A DNA stretch of 64,000 nt, from contig CAAFZY010000035.1 of assembly GCA_900767645.1 (NCBI GenBank), positions 1,130-65,129 on the forward strand, in the 5' to 3' direction. The notes under the pieces were generated by a model that saw only the letters and a list, made by a program, of their open reading frames with translations, did not search any database and was not told where the DNA came from. Each line of letters begins with the position of its first letter. Positions within the stretch are counted from its first letter, which is position 1. Below are positions 28,714 to 39,432 of this stretch, piece by piece. Source of the DNA: Alphaproteobacteria bacterium (lineage in GTDB: Bacteria > Pseudomonadota > Alphaproteobacteria > RF32 > CAG-239). The translations under genes were made by a program, and so were the position numbers.

Positions 28714-29532
28714 TTATTTATTAAGCTTTTTGACTTTAACTTTCATCCCGATTTTGTGGGTGGTATACGGAGCTAACTTGATATGATAATCACCCACGTT
28801 TGAGGGCTCCACGCACACAAACGTTTTATGTTGGTTCACGCTCATTTCCGCCAAATCTTTATACGGGTTCCACACCACCGTGGTTTGCGAGCCGATCTTT
28901 TCAATTTCAATCACCCGATTAAAGCCGCGGTCTTCAATTTCAACCGCGCCGGTGTGCCCTAAAAATATGGAATCAAATTCCGCCGCGATGTTTATATCAT
29001 CAGTAAGCACGCCTTTTTTACCGGTCAAAGAATTTTTATAATTTTGCCCTTTAAGCCCTTTGATGGTAATATTTGCAAGCGAACTTACATTAAAATAAGC
29101 ATGCAAAGCCTCACTGAACTCAAAGATTTCATCACTGTTATTGGTCGTTTCAAGATAATATTCCAAAACCTCGCCGATTTTAAGCGTTAATTTTGCCGTA
29201 ACCGCCAAATTATATTGCGGTTGAGAATTTAAAATCAACTCCGTTTCCGCCTTGTTTTCATCGGCAGAAAGACCGACAACCCGCCATTCGGAAACACGCG
29301 CAAACCCGTGCCGCGGCAGATGATTATTCAGCTCTTCTTCGGCAAATCGCGGCCATGAAATCGGCACTCCGCCCCTTATGGCGTGCACGCCGTCAAACTT
29401 GTTGCGCGCGCCCACCCACAACACGTCATGCGCTTCAGTTTGCGGGCGGAATGAGAGCAAAGTCGCGCCCCATAAGGCTAATTTTGCCACTGCCGCTTGG
29501 TTACTGATATTTATTAATCCGTTATCGGTCAT
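28714..29532 (-). CDS. Aldose 1-epimerase family protein (glucose-6-phosphate 1-epimerase-like)
   Basis: 272 aa. N-terminal ...AKLALWGATLLSFRP...VLWVG...GGVPISWPRF typical of YeaD-type mutarotases. Confidence 0.65.
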   Translation of the reverse strand: MTDNGLINISNQAAVAKLALWGATLLSFRPQTEAHDVLWVGARNKFDGVHAIRGGVPISWPRFAEEELNNHLPRHGFARVSEWRVVGLSADENKAETELILNSQPQYNLAVTAKLTLKIGEVLEYYLETTNNSDEIFEFSEALHAYFNVSSLANITIKGLKGQNYKNSLTGKKGVLTDDINIAAEFDSIFLGHTGAVEIEDRGFNRVIEIEKIGSQTTVVWNPYKDLAEMSVNQHKTFVCVEPSNVGDYHIKLAPYTTHKIGMKVKVKKLNK

Positions 29533-29534
29533 AA

Positions 29535-30773
29535 TTATCTCCTTTTGCGTCCGGTGGCAGTCGGTTTGGTAATTTGTTTGCCGGTAAGCAAGCCAAGCAG
29601 CCAGAAAACGCCGTTAATAATCAATTTGCGGTCTTTTTGCCGTAATGAAAGCCAAAAATCCCATAAGCGGCGCCACCATGATTTTGTTTTTTTCACCTCC
29701 GGTTTTGCGCCCTCGTCTTCTGTTTTAGTCAGCGGCAAATCAAGCGGCTTTACGCTTGCGCGAAAAGGTTTTAGCATCGCGGCAATTTGCGCGTCGGAAA
29801 CATAAGCTCCGTGCACTCGCTTAAGCTCGCCGTTTGCCTGCAAAAACAACGCGTCTCCGCGCCCGATAAGCTTTTCTGCTCCGACCGCGTCCAAAATAGT
29901 GCGTGAATCGGTTGCGCTTGCGGTTTTGTAGGCAATGCGCGACGGAAAGTTGGCTTTCAGCACGCCGGTTACCACATCAACCGACGGGCGTTGAGTTGCC
30001 AAAATCAAATGAATGCCGCAGGCGCGCGCTTTTTGCGCCAACATCTGCACAGCCTTTTCAACTTTTTTATCCGCCGCCATTAAATCGGCAAATTCATCAA
30101 TCACACAAACCAAATACGGCAGCGGAGAATTATCGTTATTATAAGCCTCAATATTTTTAGACATTGTTTGTTCAAAAAGCGAATATCGGCGCTCCATTTC
30201 TTGCACTAAATATTCCAAAGTTGCGGTTGCCTGCATATTGCCGGTCACCACCGGACAGAACATATATTTTTGATTATTATAAAATGAAAATTCAATGCGT
30301 TTGGGGTCAATTAAAATAAATTTTACCTCGCTCGGCTTTTTATATTTTATCAGCGAAAGAATAAAGGTGTTAAGCCCCACCGATTTACCAGAACCGGTCG
30401 TTCCCGCCACCAACAAATGCGGCAGTTTGCTTAAATCTGTCCAAACCGGCGCACCGGCAACATCAACGCCCAAACAAATCGGCAGTTTGCCTTGCGGGGA
30501 CGGGCTATGCGCCAAAACGGCCTCAAAATCAACGATTTTCGGGGCTGATGACGGAATTTCGAAACCGATTAAATCAGTGTTTTCAATTACCTCAACTCTG
30601 AGTGATGAAACGCCCATTTCGCGGGCAATATCATCGGTTGCCGCCGCCACATTTTTAAGCTTGGTTCCGGCTGTCGGTAAAAATTCAACGGTTGTTACTA
30701 ACGGCCCTTCTTTAATGCCGGTAACCTTGCCCGTAATGTTATAATGAGCTAAAACCTCTTCCCAATTTTGCAT
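29535..30773 (-). CDS. FtsK/SpoIIIE-family ATPase (motor domain only) with C-terminal TM anchor
   Basis: Walker A GTTGSGKS, Walker B LVCVIDEFADL, arginine finger region. No N-terminal TM domain and no gamma domain. C-terminal hydrophobic INGVFWLLGLLTG. Start moved to MQNWEEV (AGGAGG RBS). Confidence 0.65.
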   Translation of the reverse strand: MQNWEEVLAHYNITGKVTGIKEGPLVTTVEFLPTAGTKLKNVAAATDDIAREMGVSSLRVEVIENTDLIGFEIPSSAPKIVDFEAVLAHSPSPQGKLPICLGVDVAGAPVWTDLSKLPHLLVAGTTGSGKSVGLNTFILSLIKYKKPSEVKFILIDPKRIEFSFYNNQKYMFCPVVTGNMQATATLEYLVQEMERRYSLFEQTMSKNIEAYNNDNSPLPYLVCVIDEFADLMAADKKVEKAVQMLAQKARACGIHLILATQRPSVDVVTGVLKANFPSRIAYKTASATDSRTILDAVGAEKLIGRGDALFLQANGELKRVHGAYVSDAQIAAMLKPFRASVKPLDLPLTKTEDEGAKPEVKKTKSWWRRLWDFWLSLRQKDRKLIINGVFWLLGLLTGKQITKPTATGRKRR

Positions 30774-30900
30774 ATTTCCTCCTGCAAAAAACATAATATA
30801 AAATTATGCCCGCAACAAATTAAAATAGCGTAAAAATATCGCGCGGCTTGATTTATTTATCACATTGTGTTAACATAGCTTGTAAGTTAGGACTAAAAAA

Positions 30901-31704
30901 ATGACACAACAATTCAGCTGTAACATAGTTGCCGATAATAACACCGATTTTATCATTGCCGACAATATTGCAAACGGCAAAATTCCGATTTTGTTGCAAG
31001 GTTCGCAAGGCTCTTTTGTCAGCGATTATAATTTTGATATTGATACCTTATGTCAACAAGATTACTCTTTTAAAGTTGGTTTAAGACAATTAATTAAAAA
31101 CATTTCAGCCAACAATAAAACAGGCAAGCCGCTTAATGAAAGCTTAGCTTTGTTGCAAAATTTTATGGAACAGAAGCTTCCGTTATGTCCGAAAGAAAAA
31201 ACCAATTTACGCAACGCTTGTATATTTGATGCTGATCCTTTTTCATATTTAGTTGCCAACAAAATGGCAATGTGTTCCGAGCGCGCCGCTCTCTCGCAAT
31301 ATGTGTTGCAAAACTGCGGCATCAAATCATATTATGTCAACAGCATGGCACAGATTCAAAACGTCACTACCCGGCCCGGACAACATTCGTATTTGATAAT
31401 TAACGACAATAACAAAATGTTGGTTTATGATCCGGCCAATCCCCGCCGCAACAATCAACCGCGGATTTTAAACTCTGAAATGGACAGTGTAATTTTTGCC
31501 GATTTTATTGCCGCCATTAATTACAATGCCGAAAGCAATAACAATCTGAGTAAAAAACGCGTGGGTTTCCTCTGCGTTGATGAGCATAGCGGCAAAAATT
31601 TTTTATATCACAGTCTATGCGGCAAAAAAGGCGAAAACGTTACTCCGAGCAAACTTAAAGCCGCCCGCATTACCAAAACAAACAACTGCTGTTATGAAGA
31701 ATAA
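30901..31704 (+). CDS. Hypothetical protein (267 aa), Cys-rich C-terminus
   Basis: ORF. Possible Cys-protease-like segment MCSERAALSQYVLQNCG (weak). Confidence 0.45.
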   Translation: MTQQFSCNIVADNNTDFIIADNIANGKIPILLQGSQGSFVSDYNFDIDTLCQQDYSFKVGLRQLIKNISANNKTGKPLNESLALLQNFMEQKLPLCPKEKTNLRNACIFDADPFSYLVANKMAMCSERAALSQYVLQNCGIKSYYVNSMAQIQNVTTRPGQHSYLIINDNNKMLVYDPANPRRNNQPRILNSEMDSVIFADFIAAINYNAESNNNLSKKRVGFLCVDEHSGKNFLYHSLCGKKGENVTPSKLKAARITKTNNCCYEE

Positions 31705-31714
31705 AGGGATTTAA

Positions 31715-31809
31715 ATACAACTTATACACAGCACGGACTCGTAAATATTGCAAAAAAAAAACGCGAGCTAAAATCTTTTCAGAATTAACTTTTTGAGAGG
31801 ATTTTTATT
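31715..31809 (+). promoter_or_regulatory. Conserved leader cassette copy 1 (promoter-like TTGCAA/TAAAAT plus SD-sequestering hairpin)
   Basis: >95% identical to 45125-45210 and 49361-49453. Hairpin AAAATCTTTTC (31770-31780) pairs with GAGAGGATTTT (31795-31805). Confidence 0.55.
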
Positions 31810-32448
31810 ATGAAATCAGAAAATGGCAGAAGTATGGTGGAAATGCTTGGCGTGTTGGCTATCATCGGTGTCCTGTCCGTCGGGGCGATTGCCGGTTATA
31901 ACAAGGCGATGATGAAGTATAGACTCAACAAACATGCCGAGCAAATCAACACCGTAATTAACGCAGTGGCACGCAACATTCACAGCTTTGATAATCTTCA
32001 AACCGCTAACAACACCACCACTCCTATTACCAAATATTTTATCAAAATGGGTGAAATTCCGGTTGAGATGTATACCCCGTATGAAAATTATCTCAATGAT
32101 ATTTTCAAAACCGAAATTTATATTGCCATTAATAAAACGGAAACCGGTAAAAAAAATATGGCAATCTTTTTTATGCTTGACCGGCTTAAAACTCAAAGCA
32201 ATGATAATTTAGAAATTTGCAAAAACATTGTGCTTACCGCCAAAGAAAATCGTTACAGTATAACATATGTTGAAGTGGTCGGTGATTATAACACAGACAA
32301 CTCCGGCGTTTATACCATTTGGGGCGACCAAAGATGCACCGCCTCGCGCGTATGCCTTAAAAATATGAGTATGGACAATATTTATACCATGTGCACTAAG
32401 CTTATCGGAAAACAAAGCACACATCTTAAAATCATTTGGGATATCTAG
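31810..32448 (+). CDS. Type IV pilin-like protein, paralog 1 (class III signal peptide, C-terminal Cys pair)
   Basis: N-terminus MKSENG|RSMVEMLGVLAIIGVLSVGAIAGY has Glu at +5 after the predicted prepilin cleavage Gly. Conserved ICKNIVLTAKEN. C-terminal C...C loop. Confidence 0.6.
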   Translation: MKSENGRSMVEMLGVLAIIGVLSVGAIAGYNKAMMKYRLNKHAEQINTVINAVARNIHSFDNLQTANNTTTPITKYFIKMGEIPVEMYTPYENYLNDIFKTEIYIAINKTETGKKNMAIFFMLDRLKTQSNDNLEICKNIVLTAKENRYSITYVEVVGDYNTDNSGVYTIWGDQRCTASRVCLKNMSMDNIYTMCTKLIGKQSTHLKIIWDI

Positions 32449-33224
32449 CCTAGTTTGCGGATATATTCATAATCTTTTGCCCACGGTGAAATATCCTGCG
32501 GGCAAGTCATTCCGGTTTCCATAGTGATATAGGCATCATCGGCGGTATATTTTTTAAGCCATAAGCCAAGCGGAAACTTGCCGTCGCCGTAATGAAAATG
32601 ATTATCTTCCTCATCATCGGTAAAGCCATCGCATAAATGATAAACAGTAGGGTTTAAGGCATAAAATCCGGCAAGTAAAGCCTCCGGTTTGCAACCCATG
32701 GCATAAGCGGCACAAACCGCATGCGAAAAGTCAAAACAAAAACCGCAACCGGTTTGCTCCATAATAGTTTTAATTTCAGCGGGCGTGGTGCCGTGTAAAA
32801 TGACGCCGTCGGAATGAAGCGGCAAGTTTTCAACCACAATCCGCTTGTCATTAAAAAGCTTAAACTGCCTGATGGTTTCTTTAAGATGCTCTTTAGCCTC
32901 TCCGCAACCGGCATGAACCACCATAGTTTTAGCGTGCATAATATCGGCGGCATACTGCACCGGTTCTAAAAGTTTGCGGTTAGAACTTTCAAGCGCGGGG
33001 TTACCGGCATCAAAGCCTAACAAATGGTGCGGAGCATGCAAACGCACTTCAATTCCGGCAAACATTTTTGCCAGCACATTTAACTCGGCAAAGCCGGAAT
33101 CTTTAATCATCAGCTCAATAAACATATCGGTTGAATGCTTTTTAACCAACTCAATCCCCTGCTCTAATAAAGCCGGATTGGTATTTAAGTTGGTACTAAA
33201 CAGTTTAAGCCCGAATTTACGCAT
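32445..33224 (-). CDS. Sugar-phosphate isomerase/epimerase-like TIM-barrel protein
   Basis: 259 aa with His/Asp/Glu-rich metal-site-like segments (HAPHH, HAGCGEAKEH, ENLP). Weak family call. Confidence 0.45.
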   Translation of the reverse strand: MRKFGLKLFSTNLNTNPALLEQGIELVKKHSTDMFIELMIKDSGFAELNVLAKMFAGIEVRLHAPHHLLGFDAGNPALESSNRKLLEPVQYAADIMHAKTMVVHAGCGEAKEHLKETIRQFKLFNDKRIVVENLPLHSDGVILHGTTPAEIKTIMEQTGCGFCFDFSHAVCAAYAMGCKPEALLAGFYALNPTVYHLCDGFTDDEEDNHFHYGDGKFPLGLWLKKYTADDAYITMETGMTCPQDISPWAKDYEYIRKLG

Positions 33225-33345
33225 TTTGCTTTCTCCTTTAATTTGAGGGTATAAAACAGTTTTAGCGCAATCGCAAGCATTAGTTTTTAAAAAAGCAAAA
33301 GGCGCAGATTGCTCTGCACCTTCAAAAAAAACGATTAAGCCGAAA

Positions 33346-33831
33346 CTACCGGTAAGCTATAACTCCGGTATAGGAGTTCGGTGTAATTTTTTTGGCATTG
33401 TTCCGCGGGTCTCCATAGAATATGAACTCGTGGAACTTGCCTTGTTTGGTCTGACCCTGCATCCATACCGTACTGCCGTCATTCAGAACGCGCCATTTGC
33501 CGACTTCATTCTTCCATATTCCGAACTCTTGCGGCACCGTGTAAGTAAAGGTATCGCCGTTGGTGTAGGAGAACTTGATAACAATCGGCTGATAGACCTT
33601 TTTGTTATCAAAGCTCACGGTAACCGATTTAGCGGCAGAACTCATCGGAGCAGCAAAGTAATGGTACGTTTTAGCTCCTTTGAGGTCAACAACGGCAGTT
33701 TTGTGCTGCGGCTGATAAACCTCTTGCTTTGGAGTTTCAGGAAGCGGGGCTTCAGATTTCTTTTGTTTGCAAGCTGACACCATCAGAGCAAACATCGCGA
33801 TAATTGCGACAACTTTCATCAACTGTTTCAT
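33346..33831 (-). CDS. Lipoprotein (161 aa)
   Basis: Signal peptide plus lipobox MVSAC. Confidence 0.5.
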   Translation of the reverse strand: MKQLMKVVAIIAMFALMVSACKQKKSEAPLPETPKQEVYQPQHKTAVVDLKGAKTYHYFAAPMSSAAKSVTVSFDNKKVYQPIVIKFSYTNGDTFTYTVPQEFGIWKNEVGKWRVLNDGSTVWMQGQTKQGKFHEFIFYGDPRNNAKKITPNSYTGVIAYR

Positions 33832-33989
33832 AATGAAATGGTTTTAGAGTGTTATTAACAAAAATAAACATAAAAGATTTAAGCATTTTTATTAATAGCA
33901 AAAACATTCTTTTTTGTCAATATTTTTTATTACTATGCCTTAACTAATGCTTTTTATTCAAAATTGGGGACAGATTTAATTTTTAAGTA

Positions 33990-34030
33990 AAATAAAAGGG
34001 CTTGCAATTCTTTGCAAACCCTTGATTTTC
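33990..34030 (-). terminator. Rho-independent terminator downstream of tRNA-Ala
   Basis: Minus-strand hairpin AAGGGTTTGCAAAGAATTGCAAGCCCTT followed by a T-rich run. Confidence 0.45.
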
Positions 34031-34033
34031 AAC

Positions 34034-34109
34034 TGGTGGAGCTGAGGGGGATCGAACCCCTGACCTACAGATTGCGAACCTGTCGCTCTCCCAACTGAGC
34101 TACAACCCC
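34034..34109 (-). tRNA. tRNA-Ala (anticodon CGC)
   Basis: 76-nt cloverleaf on minus strand. G3:U70 Ala identity pair. Anticodon loop TTCGCAA. CCA encoded. Confidence 0.8.
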
Positions 34110-34263
34110 AATTGTTGTTGATTTTACTTAGCCGTCCCAACTGAGCTACAACCCCAATCAAAACGTAAGGCATTTTATAAAACATAAAAATTCAAAATTC
34201 AAGCTAAAAATTAAGCACCCGAATTTTTAAGGCAAAACTCAGGTGCTTAAACTATTTGCCGAC

Positions 34264-36768
34264 TTATCCGATGATTAATCCGTTTTTATCAGCGGAAATA
34301 TCAACGACCGAATCATCTTTAATCTCACCGTTTAAGAGCTTAATTGCAAGCGGGTTTTCAACATCTTGCTGAATTAAACGCTTCAGCGGACGAGCGCCGA
34401 ACTCTTCGTCATATCCGTTATCGGCAAGCCAATCTTTGGCTTTATCATCAAGTTTCAGCTCGATATGCCTATCTGCCAAGCGGTCTTGCAGATGTTTGAG
34501 CTGAATTTCAACAATCTGACGAATATTGTCTTTGCTTAACGGATGAAAAACAATAATTTCATCAAGACGGTTAATAAATTCCGGACGGAAGAAGCCTTTC
34601 AACATCTCGCGCGCATCTTTGCTTTTTTCAGCGCTTCCAAGGTTAGAAGTCATAATCAAAAACGTGTTCTTAAAATCAACCGTACGGCCTTGTCCGTCAG
34701 TCAAACGCCCGTCATCAAGCACTTGCAGCAAAATGTTAAACACATCGGGGTGAGCCTTTTCAACCTCATCAAACAAAATTACCTGATAAGGTCTGCGGCG
34801 AACCGCTTCGGTTAAAACACCGCCCTCGTCATAGCCGACATATCCCGGAGGCGCGCCGATTAAACGAGCAACGGCATGCTTTTCCATATATTCCGACATA
34901 TCAATACGCAAATAAGCGCTTTCTTCGTCAAACAAAAACTCTGCCAAAGCTTTGGCAAGCTCGGTTTTACCAACGCCGGTCGGCCCCAAAAACATAAATG
35001 AACCAATCGGGCGGTTAGGATCGTTTAAGCCTGAACGCGAACGACGCACTGCATTGGCAACAGCGGTAATAGCCTCATCTTGACCAACCACTCTGCGAGC
35101 AATTACTTTTTCCATATCTAAAAGTTTTTCTTTTTCATTGCTCATCAGTTTGTCAACCGGAATACCTGTCCATTTTGAAACAACCTCGGCGATAACGTCA
35201 GGCGTAACCGTTTCGACTGCGGTATGAGCTTGAGCATGCGCATTAATTTCGTTAAGACGTTTTTCCAGTTCCGGAATTTCTTTATATTGCAATTCGCCGG
35301 CTTTTTCATACTGTCCGTCACGCAAAGCTTTATCAACCTCAATCCGCGCCTTATCCAAAGACTCGCGCAATTTGCCGGCCTCCTGTACGCTGCTTTTACT
35401 GGCGTTCCATTTAGCATTTTCATCGGCAGATTCTTTTTCAAGCGCCGTAATTTCGGTTTCAATTTTAGCCAAACGCTCTTTTGAGGCAACATCGGTTTCT
35501 TTACGCAAGGCCTCGCGTTCAATTTTAAGCTGAATCAAATGACGATCAATTTCATCAAGATGTTCAGGTTTTGAATCAATAGCCATACGCAAACGGCTGG
35601 CGGCTTCATCAACCAAATCAATAGCTTTATCCGGCAAAAATCTGTCGGTAATATAGCGGTTAGACATTACTGCCGCGGCAACCAATGCGGCATCGGAAAT
35701 ACGAACTCCGTGATGCAATTCATATTTTTCTTTAATGCCACGCAAAATAGAAATAGTGTCTTCCACTTGCGGCTCATTAACAAATACCGGTTGAAAACGA
35801 CGGGCAAACGCCTGATCTTTTTCAATATATTTTTGATACTCTTTTAATGTTGTTGCACCGATGCAGTGCAATTCGCCGCGCGCCAACGCCGGTTTTAACA
35901 GGTTTGAAGCGTCCATTGAGCCTGAAGTTGCGCCGGCGCCCACAACGGTGTGCATTTCATCAATAAACAAAATGACCTGCCCGTTGGCAGCGCTTACCTC
36001 TTGCAGAACCGCTTTCAAACGCTCTTCAAATTCGCCGCGATATTTGGCACCCGCAATTAACGCGCCCATATCCAAAGCCATTAAGCGCTTGTGTTTCAAG
36101 CTTTCCGGCACATCACCGTTGACAATACGCAACGCCAATCCTTCAACAATGGCGGTTTTACCGACCCCCGGCTCACCGATTAACACCGGATTGTTTTTAG
36201 TACGCCTTGACAGCACCTGAATGGTGTGACGAATTTCTTCATCACGACCGATAACCGGATCTAACTTACCTTGCAAAGCGCGCTCGGTATAATCGGTGGC
36301 ATATTTTTTAAGCGCGTCCATCGTATCTTCCGCGCTGGCGCTTTGCGCAGTACGCCCCTGACGCATATTATTAATTACCTGATTCAGCTTTTGCAAATCA
36401 ACCCCGTACGATTTTGCCGCGAGTAAAGCTTGCAAAATACGCTCAACCGTAACATACGAATCACCTGCCTTTTGAGCATTCTGTTCTGCCAAATCCAAAA
36501 TTTTGAAAAAGCTTTGCGATCCTGAAATTTGTACAGCATTACCCTCAACTTGCGGCAATTTATCAACATCGGCATTTACAGCCTCGCGCACACATTCGGC
36601 ATCAGCACCGGTTTGCGCAATAAGAGATGAAGCCAAACCTTCTTTGTCGTCAAGCATAACTTTAAGTAAATGCTCAGGCATCAAAAACTGGTTTGATTTA
36701 CGGGCAGCCAGCGATTGCGCCGCCTCAATAAATCCGCGACTTCTGTCGGTTAATTTTTCCATATTCAT
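34264..36768 (-). CDS. clpB: ATP-dependent chaperone/disaggregase ClpB
   Basis: 834 aa. Two AAA+ modules ([16 protein letters not shown]), middle coiled-coil domain, Clp N-domain. Alphaproteobacterial-like N-terminus [18 protein letters not shown]. Confidence 0.9.
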   Translation of the reverse strand: MNMEKLTDRSRGFIEAAQSLAARKSNQFLMPEHLLKVMLDDKEGLASSLIAQTGADAECVREAVNADVDKLPQVEGNAVQISGSQSFFKILDLAEQNAQKAGDSYVTVERILQALLAAKSYGVDLQKLNQVINNMRQGRTAQSASAEDTMDALKKYATDYTERALQGKLDPVIGRDEEIRHTIQVLSRRTKNNPVLIGEPGVGKTAIVEGLALRIVNGDVPESLKHKRLMALDMGALIAGAKYRGEFEERLKAVLQEVSAANGQVILFIDEMHTVVGAGATSGSMDASNLLKPALARGELHCIGATTLKEYQKYIEKDQAFARRFQPVFVNEPQVEDTISILRGIKEKYELHHGVRISDAALVAAAVMSNRYITDRFLPDKAIDLVDEAASRLRMAIDSKPEHLDEIDRHLIQLKIEREALRKETDVASKERLAKIETEITALEKESADENAKWNASKSSVQEAGKLRESLDKARIEVDKALRDGQYEKAGELQYKEIPELEKRLNEINAHAQAHTAVETVTPDVIAEVVSKWTGIPVDKLMSNEKEKLLDMEKVIARRVVGQDEAITAVANAVRRSRSGLNDPNRPIGSFMFLGPTGVGKTELAKALAEFLFDEESAYLRIDMSEYMEKHAVARLIGAPPGYVGYDEGGVLTEAVRRRPYQVILFDEVEKAHPDVFNILLQVLDDGRLTDGQGRTVDFKNTFLIMTSNLGSAEKSKDAREMLKGFFRPEFINRLDEIIVFHPLSKDNIRQIVEIQLKHLQDRLADRHIELKLDDKAKDWLADNGYDEEFGARPLKRLIQQDVENPLAIKLLNGEIKDDSVVDISADKNGLIIG

Positions 36769-36911
36769 ATATTTATCTTCCTTTCTGTTTTTTTATATAG
36801 GTTTATATAGGAAACCGCTGTTTTATTCGCAAGATTAAGCTTAAAAAAATGTTTACTTTTACATAAAATGATTGAACTCGCATTCATAACTTTATAAACT
36901 CAGAATACGGA

Positions 36912-37775
36912 GTGATGATGACAAAGAGCAAACATATTTTAGTGCATTTGCACCTGTACTACATAAATCAGTTGGATGAAATTTTAGCCCGTTTGCAAAA
37001 TTTGCAAGAGCTGAAGTTTGATTTGTATGTGACCATGATAGAAAAATCACCCGCCGCCGAACAAAAAATTAAACAATTTAAGCCTGACGCTCATATTTTA
37101 CAGCTTGAAAACAAGGGGTATGACATCGGGCCATTTATGGAAGTTTTACACTCGCTTGATTTAGATAAATATAACTATTTGCTTAAAATTCACACCAAAG
37201 GAACAACTGCTCAAAATTACACTCGCATAAACGGAAAACGCTTCAGCAATAAGCTGTGGAGCCGACTGCTGTATGAAGCGTTGCTTGCCGACCGCCAGCG
37301 CGTACTCAGCAATTTGCAATTGCTTGAAACCAACAATATCGGCATGCTTTCATCAACTTATTTAATCACCGACGACAAAAAGCTTTACCGGCAATTTTTG
37401 CCGCAAATTAATGAAATATTGCAAGCAGAAAGTTTACCGAAAGTTGATACTTTTTCGTTTGTTGCCGGAACCATGTTTTGGGCTAAAGCAAGCCTGTTCA
37501 AACCATTGCAAAAGTACCGCCTTGCCGATTTTCCCGTCACCGACGGCAAAATTAAAGAAGGAACTCCGGCGCATTGCTTTGAGCGCTTGTTCGGGGCAGT
37601 AGTGCAAGCGCAAGGATATAAACTGCATGGCGTAAAATCGTTTGATGAAATATGGCATTTTACCTTAAACGAATTTAAACGTTTTGTATTTTATAAAAAA
37701 CATACTAAAAGCGGTAAATTGCTGGTTAAAATCTGCAAAATTCCGATTTGGACGCAAAAAATTAACAAGGACTGA
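36912..37775 (+). CDS. Rhamnan-synthesis-F (RgpF)-like glycosyltransferase
   Basis: HILVHLHLYYINQLDEIL... pattern typical of the RgpF family. 287 aa. Confidence 0.5.
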   Translation: MMMTKSKHILVHLHLYYINQLDEILARLQNLQELKFDLYVTMIEKSPAAEQKIKQFKPDAHILQLENKGYDIGPFMEVLHSLDLDKYNYLLKIHTKGTTAQNYTRINGKRFSNKLWSRLLYEALLADRQRVLSNLQLLETNNIGMLSSTYLITDDKKLYRQFLPQINEILQAESLPKVDTFSFVAGTMFWAKASLFKPLQKYRLADFPVTDGKIKEGTPAHCFERLFGAVVQAQGYKLHGVKSFDEIWHFTLNEFKRFVFYKKHTKSGKLLVKICKIPIWTQKINKD

Positions 37776-37779
37776 AATT

Positions 37780-38853
37780 ATGGATAGTTACAGCACAATA
37801 AAAGGCAGCCTGAAAAAATTAAAGAATGAGGCATATGAGCAAATCAGCGAGCAGGAAAAACCTTCAATGCTTGAATCGATGGGCGGATTTTGGAAACAGT
37901 CCGCAAATTCGCTGTACTTTATTTTAACGGAAAAAGAGAATATTATGTTTGCGGTTTTACAACTCGTCTGCATAATGCTCGGTTATTATATATGGGTGCA
38001 AGTGCTCTCTTGGATTCCCGATACGGTATGGCAAGCCGCGGAACATGATAAAGAAGGTGTTTTTGTTAATATTTTGCTATGGGTATGGTCATTTGCCTGC
38101 GTCGGATTGGTTTCGTTGCCGCTCGGCATACTCACAGCCTGCATGAGCGCCTCATACATTTTGCGTTCCGAAGGCAAAAAATCAACAATTGCCGAATGTT
38201 TTAAAGTGGCATTGCCGAAAGCATGGCCGATATGGGTATTTAGCTGGATTGACGGCTGGTGGACCATATTGCGCATTATGGAACGTTTGCCCAAAAAGAA
38301 CGACAGAACTCCGCTTTCAACCAAATTACGCAATGAAGTAATTTACAATGCGTGGAAAGCCGCCTCTTTAGGCTTTATTCCGGCCTTACTGTTCGGCCGC
38401 GGGGCAGTTGAAGCCGGTCGGGATTCTTTGCGTTTGTTGGTTAATCGCTTTGTTCCGCTCTTAAAATTACGCACCGCCTACGCCGCAATTTGCTGGATTG
38501 TCGGCATCGGCAGTTACATCGGTACGTTTTTCTTTATTCAATATATTGTAAAAGCCATGAACAGCCGATATGACATTTACACATTTTACATTTATTGCGG
38601 ATTACCGATAATCATTGCGCTGTTGATAATTATGCTCATTTTCAGACCAATCTATATAATATCGGCATGCCGCATTTACAGCGGTTATGCACACAGCCAA
38701 AACATTAAAGCCGAATTGCCTAAAACCGCACCTGAATTTGTAAGCATAGCTGTTGCCTTTGCCACATTGGCAGTGGTTATCGGAGTGATGTTGCTTTATC
38801 ATACCGAGCTTGGAATAGACGAGCGAATTATCGCCCCGCTTAACCAAGGGTAA
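37780..38853 (+). CDS. Integral membrane protein (about 357 aa, 8+ TM)
   Basis: Start at MDSYSTIKG with AAGGA RBS (ORF-track start 37684 overlaps the previous gene). Multiple hydrophobic helices. Confidence 0.5.
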   Translation: MDSYSTIKGSLKKLKNEAYEQISEQEKPSMLESMGGFWKQSANSLYFILTEKENIMFAVLQLVCIMLGYYIWVQVLSWIPDTVWQAAEHDKEGVFVNILLWVWSFACVGLVSLPLGILTACMSASYILRSEGKKSTIAECFKVALPKAWPIWVFSWIDGWWTILRIMERLPKKNDRTPLSTKLRNEVIYNAWKAASLGFIPALLFGRGAVEAGRDSLRLLVNRFVPLLKLRTAYAAICWIVGIGSYIGTFFFIQYIVKAMNSRYDIYTFYIYCGLPIIIALLIIMLIFRPIYIISACRIYSGYAHSQNIKAELPKTAPEFVSIAVAFATLAVVIGVMLLYHTELGIDERIIAPLNQG

Positions 38854-38940
38854 AAGCGTATTCATATTGACAAACTGACAAAATTTGTTATTATAAGCAC
38901 TGTTAAATTTATTATTGTAAAACCTTAAAATGTTATAATT

Positions 38941-39378
38941 ATGTCACAAGGATTCAGAAGATTTTTAGCCGTTTTAATGGTTATCGGCTTTACTTCGGCT
39001 TGCACGCCCGAAGATTCGCCGCGTCGGCAAAACAAAGAAGATTTGAACTTTGAAGGCAAAAATTTAAGTGATGTGCTTTTCACCTATTTCGGTGACCACT
39101 ATACCGACACTTACACCATTGCCGATGGTACTGTTCAAATTGAAGCCGAGTATGAATTTTTCAGCTCATGGGGGTGTATCACCTATTACCTTGCGGTTGA
39201 AAAAGCAATCAGAGCCAATGTGTCCGCTCTTACAACGGAACAGCTTGTTGCCAACAAAGCACAAGTCGCCAAACAAACCGAAAAATGGTTTATGGAGCGC
39301 TACTCTAAATTGGCTATCAAAATTCGTAATTTGAAATTCAAGCAAATTACACCTGTAACTGAAAACAGCTCTGAATAA
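38941..39378 (+). CDS. Lipoprotein (145 aa)
   Basis: Signal peptide plus lipobox FTSAC. Terminator-like palindrome after the stop. Confidence 0.5.
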   Translation: MSQGFRRFLAVLMVIGFTSACTPEDSPRRQNKEDLNFEGKNLSDVLFTYFGDHYTDTYTIADGTVQIEAEYEFFSSWGCITYYLAVEKAIRANVSALTTEQLVANKAQVAKQTEKWFMERYSKLAIKIRNLKFKQITPVTENSSE

Positions 39379-39432
39379 TCAGAGCTGTTTTTTGCGTTTA
39401 GAAACCCCCGCGATTATCGCGATAATTTTGCT

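Noticed and set aside
33976-34185. ORF overlapping tRNA-Ala
   Set aside because: Coincides with a tRNA gene and its duplicated fragment. Translation is tRNA-derived.
34543-36838. Several ORFs antisense or out of frame within clpB
   Set aside because: clpB is unambiguous. Overlapping ORFs are frame artefacts.
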